Source: Oscillospiraceae bacterium (lineage in GTDB: Bacteria > Bacillota > Clostridia > Oscillospirales > UBA929). Taken from it: a stretch of 34,476 nucleotides of DNA. The notes below the pieces were generated by a model that saw only the letters and a program-made list of their open reading frames with translations, had not been told where the DNA came from and did not search any database. The DNA lies in NCBI GenBank assembly GCA_031554075.1, contig JAVBKJ010000121.1, forward strand, positions 1 through 34,476. Direction: 5' to 3'. Made by a program: the position numbers and the translations under genes. This document shows, piece after piece, positions 29,633-34,476 of this stretch. Each line of letters begins with the position of its first letter. Position 1 is the stretch's first letter.

Positions 29633-29869
29633 TTATGCTTGTTCGACTATTTCTAAGTTTACCTTTGTGCCCGCATTGCCTGCGGCGGCGCGCAATAGCA
29701 CACGGAGGTCACGCGCGGTACGACCACTGCGCCCAATAATTTTGCCCATGTCCTCAGGCGCGACAGACAGTCGCAACAGCGCCTCGCCGTCTTTTTCCGT
29801 CACCTCGACTTGCACCTTGTCGGGATGCTGTACGAGCGCATTGACGATATACAGCAATAAATCCTTCAT
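29633..29869 (-). CDS. khpA: KH-domain RNA-binding protein KhpA (YlqC)
   Basis: DMGKIIGRSGRTA; rpsP-khpA-rimM synteny. Confidence 0.93.
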   Translation of the reverse strand: MKDLLLYIVNALVQHPDKVQVEVTEKDGEALLRLSVAPEDMGKIIGRSGRTARDLRVLLRAAAGNAGTKVNLEIVEQA

Positions 29870-29896
29870 GGTTTACAACTCCTTCGGATGCAATCC

Positions 29897-30139
29897 CTAC
29901 TTCAAGATACCTTGCTTTTTGAGCAACGACTTGACAGTATCTGTGGGTTGGGCGCCTGTTTTGATCCATTCCAAGGCACGTTCTGCGTTGACAACAACGA
30001 CAGAAGGATTCTTTAGTGGGTCATAGGTACCGATTTCTTCGATAAAGCGACCGTCACGGGGATAACGAGAGTCAGCCACCACTATTCTGTAAAACGGGGC
30101 CTTCTTGGCACCCATACGGCGCAATCTGATTTTAACCAT
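29897..30139 (-). CDS. rpsP: 30S ribosomal protein S16
   Basis: [34 protein letters not shown]; ATG 30139 after GGAGGTG. Confidence 0.98.
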   Translation of the reverse strand: MVKIRLRRMGAKKAPFYRIVVADSRYPRDGRFIEEIGTYDPLKNPSVVVVNAERALEWIKTGAQPTDTVKSLLKKQGILK

Positions 30140-30200
30140 GTTTTCACCTCCAACACGTGTATTTATAATCAACAACAACGTAAAAGTTGTTTGTTAATCG

Positions 30201-31538
30201 CTAAAAACCAGGGAAACGTCCCCTCATGCCCTTGCCCTTTTGCATTTTGCCGCTTGACATCTGCTTGGCCATCTGGCACATCATGTCAAACTGTTTGAGC
30301 AGCCTGTTGATATCCTCGACCTTCGAGCCACTGCCCTTTGCAATACGACGTTTGCGCGACGAATTGAGAATTTCGGGGTTTTCACGCTCGCGCACTGTCA
30401 TGCTAAGGATAATCGCTTCGACACGCGCCATCGCTTTGTGGTCTACTTCCGCACCCTCTAGGGCGCGTTTGTCAACCCCTGGCATCATGCCCATAATATC
30501 AGACAGGGAGCCCATACTCTTAATCTGCCCCAGCTGTTCGTAAAAATCGGTGAGTGTAAATTTGTTCTGGCGGAGCTTTTTCTCCATCTCGAGTGCTTTT
30601 TTTTGATCAACTGCCTGCTCTGCTTTTTCAATCAGTGTCAGCATATCGCCCATGCCGAGAATGCGCGACGCCATACGTTCGGGGTGAAACGGCTCAATCG
30701 CGTCTAGTTTTTCGCCAACGCCGATAAACCGTATTGGCTTGCCTGTAACGGCACGCACAGACAACGCCGCACCACCGCGGGCATCACCGTCCATCTTGGT
30801 TAGCAACACGCCGTCGATGCTCAATGCTTCATTAAAGGCGGAGGCGGCGTTTACCGCATCCTGCCCTGTCATCGCGTCAACCACGAGTAAGATTTCATGT
30901 GGCTTGACTGTGGCTTTAATGTTTTTAAGCTCTGTCATGAGCGTTTCGTCGATGTGCAGACGACCTGCGGTGTCCAAAAACACCATGTCGTTGCCGTGAC
31001 GAATCGCGTGGTCTATCGCTTTTTCAGCAATCTCGACAGGGTTGCCCTGCCCCATTTGGAACACAGGCACACCAAGCTGACTGCCAACGACCTCAAGCTG
31101 TGTAATCGCGGCAGGACGGTACACGTCACAGGCGACAAGCAGGGGACGTTTGCCTTGTTTTTTCATCAGCCCTGCCAGTTTTGCGCCGTTGGTCGTTTTA
31201 CCCGCGCCCTGCAAACCGACCATCATAACAATCGTCGGGGGGCGACCCGCTGTGTTAAGCTTTATATGGGTGCCACCCATGAGGGTGGTTAGCTCGTCGT
31301 TGACAATTTTGATAATCATTTGGGCAGGGGACAGGCTTTCCAGCACATCGACCCCTTGGCAACGCGCTGTTGCGGTTGCCACAAAATCCTTCACGACTTT
31401 ATAGTTAACGTCCGCTTCTAAGAGCGCCAAGCGCACTTCGCGCATGGCTTCCTTCACGTCGGCTTCACTAACGCGCCCACGCCCTCTTAGTTTGGAAAAC
31501 ACTTTGGATAGTTTTTCGGTTAAGCCTTCAAACGCCAT
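30201..31538 (-). CDS. ffh: Signal recognition particle protein Ffh
   Basis: GLQGAGKTT, DTAGR, TKMDGDARGG, Met-rich M domain. Confidence 0.98.
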   Translation of the reverse strand: MAFEGLTEKLSKVFSKLRGRGRVSEADVKEAMREVRLALLEADVNYKVVKDFVATATARCQGVDVLESLSPAQMIIKIVNDELTTLMGGTHIKLNTAGRPPTIVMMVGLQGAGKTTNGAKLAGLMKKQGKRPLLVACDVYRPAAITQLEVVGSQLGVPVFQMGQGNPVEIAEKAIDHAIRHGNDMVFLDTAGRLHIDETLMTELKNIKATVKPHEILLVVDAMTGQDAVNAASAFNEALSIDGVLLTKMDGDARGGAALSVRAVTGKPIRFIGVGEKLDAIEPFHPERMASRILGMGDMLTLIEKAEQAVDQKKALEMEKKLRQNKFTLTDFYEQLGQIKSMGSLSDIMGMMPGVDKRALEGAEVDHKAMARVEAIILSMTVRERENPEILNSSRKRRIAKGSGSKVEDINRLLKQFDMMCQMAKQMSSGKMQKGKGMRGRFPGF

Positions 31539-31548
31539 AGCGTCTCCT

Positions 31549-31926
31549 TTACAGTGCAGACTGTCCGTCTAAATTTTTGGTAAGGGCTAAAATTTCTTCG
31601 GCGCGTTGTTTTATCGTGGGGTTGGCGTAGCGGCGTTCGTTTGTTTCGAGAATTTCCTGTGCCGCCGCTTCTAGCTTATGGGCGGTGACGAGCAGATGAC
31701 CAAAGCGCGACACCAAGCCAAGCTTCGCTTCCATCTCCTGCAAAATCCCTTCGGCACGAGCGACAACGTCGCGCACGCCTTGCCGTGTGATGCCTTCATT
31801 TTGCGATATTTCACTCAGGCTTAAATCTTGCCCATAGTACAGCTCAAAATAATCCTGCTGTTTTTCTGTCAGCGTTTCGCCGTAAAAGTCAAACAGCAAT
31901 GCCATGGTAACGGGATTTTCTTTCAT
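31549..31926 (-). CDS. ylxM: YlxM-family putative DNA-binding protein
   Basis: LLFDFYGETLTEKQ...DLSLSEIS...ITRQGVRD; directly upstream of ffh; ATG 31926 after AGGAGG. Confidence 0.93.
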   Translation of the reverse strand: MKENPVTMALLFDFYGETLTEKQQDYFELYYGQDLSLSEISQNEGITRQGVRDVVARAEGILQEMEAKLGLVSRFGHLLVTAHKLEAAAQEILETNERRYANPTIKQRAEEILALTKNLDGQSAL

Positions 31927-32009
31927 ACGCTGCCTCCTTTTTCGGTCGTAACCCACTGCATGGGGAAATTCGCATTGTAAATTTGTAAAGGGTTCACGCT
32001 TTACAATGT

Positions 32010-32038
32010 ATTTTACAACGGATTGTTACATTTGTCAA
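32010..32038 (-). promoter_or_regulatory. sigma-A promoter of the ylxM-ffh operon
   Basis: TTGACA-17 bp-TAAAAT on the minus strand. Confidence 0.75.
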
Positions 32039-32100
32039 GCGCGTTTTACGGTAAACAGCGAATATAGCCACACCAGCCACGGTAGCTGAAACACAAAAAC

Positions 32101-32129
32101 TTGACTACTGGTGTAATGAGTGTTATACT
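32101..32129 (+). promoter_or_regulatory. sigma-A promoter of tRNA-Arg
   Basis: TTGACT-17 bp-TATACT with extended -10 TG. Confidence 0.75.
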
Positions 32130-32188
32130 ATATAAGCTGCCAATCGTCTGAGTAACAAAATTGGCATACGAGCAGAAAGGTAAGATGT

Positions 32189-32265
32189 GCGCCCATAGCT
32201 CAGCAGGATAGAGCAACTGCCTTCTAAGCAGTAGGCCGAGCGTTCGAGTCGCCCTGGGCGTGCCA
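32189..32265 (+). tRNA. tRNA-Arg (anticodon TCT)
   Basis: GCGCCCA/TGGGCGT acceptor stem, ACTGC-CTTCTAA-GCAGT anticodon arm, TTCGAGT T-loop, encoded CCA. Confidence 0.95.
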
Positions 32266-32267
32266 AC

Positions 32268-32304
32268 AAAAAGCCTTGTAGTTTCAACGACTACAAGGCT
32301 TTTT
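32268..32304. terminator. Bidirectional terminator between tRNA-Arg and gpx
   Basis: AAAAAGCCTTGTAGT...ACTACAAGGCTTTTT. Confidence 0.85.
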
Positions 32305-32333
32305 GTATTTATCTAAAGTTGCAAAACAACTGA

Positions 32334-32879
32334 TTATTGTGCCAACAGTTTTTCTATATCAGCGCTGACTTCCTGCGGGTCGGAAACTGGGGAATAACGA
32401 CCAACCACTTGCCCATCTTTGCCGATTAAAAACTTGCCAAAGTTCCAAACAATGTCGGAAGCACCCTTTGTGGTGCGCAATCCCTTGACTGTCAGCTCAA
32501 ATGCCTTTGTCTTTAGGCTGCTCTTGTCCTTGGGGGCTTGTTCCTTGAGCCATGTGAAAAGTGGGGATTCGGATTCCCCATTTACGTCAATTTTCTTAAA
32601 GCGAGGGAACGTCGTGCCGTACTTCATGGTGCAAAATGCAGTGATTTCCTCGTCACTATCGGGAGTTTGTTCCTTAAATTGGTTGCAAGGAAAATCCAAA
32701 ATTTCGAAGCCTTTGTCGTGATACTTCTTGTAAAGCGCCTCCATTGCCTCGTATTGTGGTGTAAGACCGCACTTTGTGGCGGTGTTGACTACAAGCAGTA
32801 CTTTGCCTTTGTAGTCAGCCAACGATACATCCTCATTTTTGTTGTTTTTAACTGTGAAATCGTGAATAGTCATGTTCAT
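32334..32879 (-). CDS. Cys-type glutathione peroxidase-family protein (probably thioredoxin-dependent)
   Basis: NTATKCGLTPQY, LDFPCNQF, WNFGKFLI; extra Cys in 'ITAFC' at the resolving-Cys position. Confidence 0.95.
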   Translation of the reverse strand: MNMTIHDFTVKNNKNEDVSLADYKGKVLLVVNTATKCGLTPQYEAMEALYKKYHDKGFEILDFPCNQFKEQTPDSDEEITAFCTMKYGTTFPRFKKIDVNGESESPLFTWLKEQAPKDKSSLKTKAFELTVKGLRTTKGASDIVWNFGKFLIGKDGQVVGRYSPVSDPQEVSADIEKLLAQ

Positions 32880-32906
32880 GCTCCTTCATATAAATTGTTT
32901 TTGAAC

Positions 32907-33095
32907 TTAGTTGGCGTCCTCGATTTTGACAAATAAATCACATTTGCAATCGCCTTTATGGATAAATTCATCGCAGGGACAAAGCGTTGTGGCATCTTTG
33001 TTCAAACGGCAAGGGCAGTGTCCTTGCTTTTTGTGTAGCCCATTGATAATTTTGGTGACGTGTTCTGTGTCTTCGTTTAGTTTGTACCCATTCAT
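32907..33095 (-). CDS. Minimal ferredoxin:thioredoxin reductase catalytic-subunit-like protein
   Basis: 62 aa with CPC-x9-CPC-x8-CKC followed by LFV, the FTR-c Cys pattern (CPC/CPC/CHC). Confidence 0.85.
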   Translation of the reverse strand: MNGYKLNEDTEHVTKIINGLHKKQGHCPCRLNKDATTLCPCDEFIHKGDCKCDLFVKIEDAN

Positions 33096-33100
33096 GGATG

Positions 33101-33415
33101 TTACTCAGCTCCTTTGGCGCTGTTTATAAATGCCGTTAGTTGGGTGTCGTCTAAAAAGCCCACGTTGGTGACAACGGGTTTGCCATCCCGAAAAACAATG
33201 AGGGTTGGAATGTGGTCGATTGAAAACCGCTCCGCCAAGGTGATATCATCCTCAAGGTCAACCTTAAAAAATTTTACGTCTGTCGTTGCCGCGGATACGC
33301 GCTCAAAGACATCGCTCAGTTTGCCGCAGGTGGGGCAATCTGGTGTAAAAAAATCCACGATGCTAACCCCTGTGACCTGTTCATCAAATGTGTGTTTGTT
33401 GATTTCTGTTGTCAT
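33101..33415 (-). CDS. Thioredoxin-family protein
   Basis: VDFFTPDCPTC, FFKVD, cis-Pro IPTLIVFRDG; ATG 33415 after GGGAGG. Confidence 0.92.
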   Translation of the reverse strand: MTTEINKHTFDEQVTGVSIVDFFTPDCPTCGKLSDVFERVSAATTDVKFFKVDLEDDITLAERFSIDHIPTLIVFRDGKPVVTNVGFLDDTQLTAFINSAKGAE

Positions 33416-33442
33416 ACGGTGCAACCTCCCTTACTGAAACCT

Positions 33443-33471
33443 AGTATACACCACAGAAGTTAATATGTCAA
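33443..33471 (-). promoter_or_regulatory. Consensus sigma-A promoter of the trx-ftr-gpx operon
   Basis: TTGACA-17 bp-TATACT on the minus strand. Confidence 0.85.
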
Positions 33472-33472
33472 G

Positions 33473-33502
33473 CACAATTTAATTGTATTCAATTTAATTT
33501 TA
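33473..33502. promoter_or_regulatory. Tandem OhrR/MarR-type operator
   Basis: Minus strand TAAAATTAAATTGAA-TACAATTAAATTGTG: two adjacent 15-mers resembling the OhrR box TACAATT-N-AATTGTA, abutting the -35. Confidence 0.7.
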
Positions 33503-33541
33503 TAGACGATGACAATTGCACCGTTTAACAAAAGTAAGGAC

Positions 33542-33570
33542 TTGTATTTCGTCGTGTCATATGATATACT
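33542..33570 (+). promoter_or_regulatory. sigma-A promoter of tRNA-Ser
   Basis: TTGTAT-17 bp-TATACT with extended -10 TG. Confidence 0.6.
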
Positions 33571-33610
33571 AATTACGCTCTAAACCGCATTTGGTGTTAG
33601 AGACATATAC

Positions 33611-33701
33611 GGAAGCGTATCGAAGTGGTTGTAACGGCCCGCACTCGAAATGCGGTTGTCACGAAAGTGGCACGAGAGTTCGAATCTCTCCGCTTCCGCC
33701 A
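33611..33701 (+). tRNA. tRNA-Ser (anticodon CGA)
   Basis: GGAAGCG/CGCTTCC acceptor stem, CCGCA-CTCGAAA-TGCGG anticodon arm, long variable arm, GAGAG-TTCGAAT-CTCTC, encoded CCA. Confidence 0.96.
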
Positions 33702-33702
33702 T

Positions 33703-33736
33703 AAAGCCTTGAAATTCAGGAGTTTCAAGGCTTTTT
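33703..33736 (+). terminator. Terminator-like hairpin after tRNA-Ser
   Basis: AAAGCCTTGAAA...TTTCAAGGCTTTTT. Confidence 0.75.
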
Positions 33737-33816
33737 CCATGCCCGAAAATCGTTTGAAAATTTGTTCCTGTCCCGTTTTTTCTGGTCAACTTCGTAATGT
33801 CTGCCCAAATTTACAC

Positions 33817-33942
33817 TTAAAATTTCGAACCCTCCTGTCCAAGAGTGGTCTTGTCAATCCACGTCATAGCGCTTGCCGATGCCAGCTTAGAATTGAACTC
33901 AAGATGAGCATACGTGTTCGCTGTAATTGCAAAATCGCTGTG
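33817..33942 (-). pseudogene. C-terminal remnant of a tyrosine integrase
   Basis: My translation: HSDFAITANTYAHLEFNSKLASASAMTWIDKTTLGQEGSKF*, matching the (LG)H-S-x4-T-x3-Y-x-H box II of tyrosine recombinases; next to the tRNA 3' end. Confidence 0.75.
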
Positions 33943-34140
33943 GGGCTGTGTCAAGAAAAAGACTAAACAAATTTATTTTTTAAGCAAAAAAATAAAATCT
34001 CTACGTTTTTAGTTATGAAATTTTACTTTAATAATTTAATTCATTCTATGAAAATAATTAAAGCCTATAGGTTTTTCGTAAATAGTAATACTCTTATAAC
34101 ACTACATTCTACCGAAAATACTTATACTGTTCGAAGCACA

Positions 34141-34320
34141 CTATTTGCCGCTATTACCATTTTTATTAGAACCAAGAGCAATGAAACCCGCCGTGACAGC
34201 AAGCGCAAACATGATGTTTTGCCCACCAAATGGATTGGATATTATAGAGTATACCAAATATACAGTGCAAGTACATAATATTACAATGGAGATACCTCGC
34301 AAGATTTTCTTAGTTTTTAA
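34141..34320 (-). pseudogene. Small two-TM membrane protein frame lacking a canonical start
   Basis: Open frame (L)KTKKILRGISIVILCTCTVYLVYSIISNPFGGQNIMFALAVTAGFIALGSNKNGNSGK*, beginning at TTA just after a GAGATGA SD-like sequence. Confidence 0.35.
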
Positions 34321-34476
34321 CGTTTAAATCATCTCAGGCACTACGTAATATTTTGTGTAAAAAGGATTTCTTCACAGTCGTAAATCTCACAATAATCAAT
34401 TGCTTTGTACCGCAAAGCACAATTAGGGTTTGCCCTTAGGTGCCGTGCCCCTACTGAGTTGTCCGAGGTATGCGCG

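Noticed and set aside
32174-32211. SD plus ATG mini-ORF (MCAHSSAG) running into tRNA-Arg
   Set aside because: Eight codons overlapping the tRNA; most likely coincidental
32334-32879. Selenocysteine glutathione peroxidase
   Set aside because: The catalytic codon is Cys (TGC) with no in-frame TGA, and neither tRNA is tRNA-Sec
33580-33966. ORFs 33580-33789 (-) and 33625-33966 (+)
   Set aside because: They overlap tRNA-Ser and the antisense of the integrase relic; no protein-like features
34015-34327. + strand ORFs 34015-34278 and 34145-34327
   Set aside because: No SD or recognisable motifs; the opposite-strand frame is more plausible

Overview
Core chromosome of a Bacillota (Clostridia, Oscillospiraceae/Ruminococcaceae-like) bacterium. 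The + strand carries a hypothetical exported protein, a DUF624 protein, a large PAS-PocR-GGDEF-EAL protein, ychF, a DUF1624 protein and then dnaA-[DnaA boxes, likely oriC]-dnaN-recF-remB-gyrB-gyrA. After these come a second DnaA-box cluster, an HD hydrolase-rnhA pair and a REP-associated HUH tyrosine transposase whose REP palindromes lie inside its own reading frame. The - strand carries uppP, rnr, secG, a DnaD-like/DnaC-like pair, two exported proteins and ylxM-ffh-rpsP-khpA-rimM-trmD; an FMN riboswitch-ribU unit is on the + strand among them. Between tRNA-Arg(TCT) and tRNA-Ser(CGA) sits a thioredoxin / minimal ferredoxin:thioredoxin reductase / Cys-glutathione peroxidase operon with a consensus promoter abutting a tandem OhrR-type operator. 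This is the strongest candidate for an undescribed system: inducible, ferredoxin-powered peroxide detoxification. The window ends in an AT-rich island edge with a tyrosine integrase relic. All family calls come from motif recognition by eye; no database searches were run.
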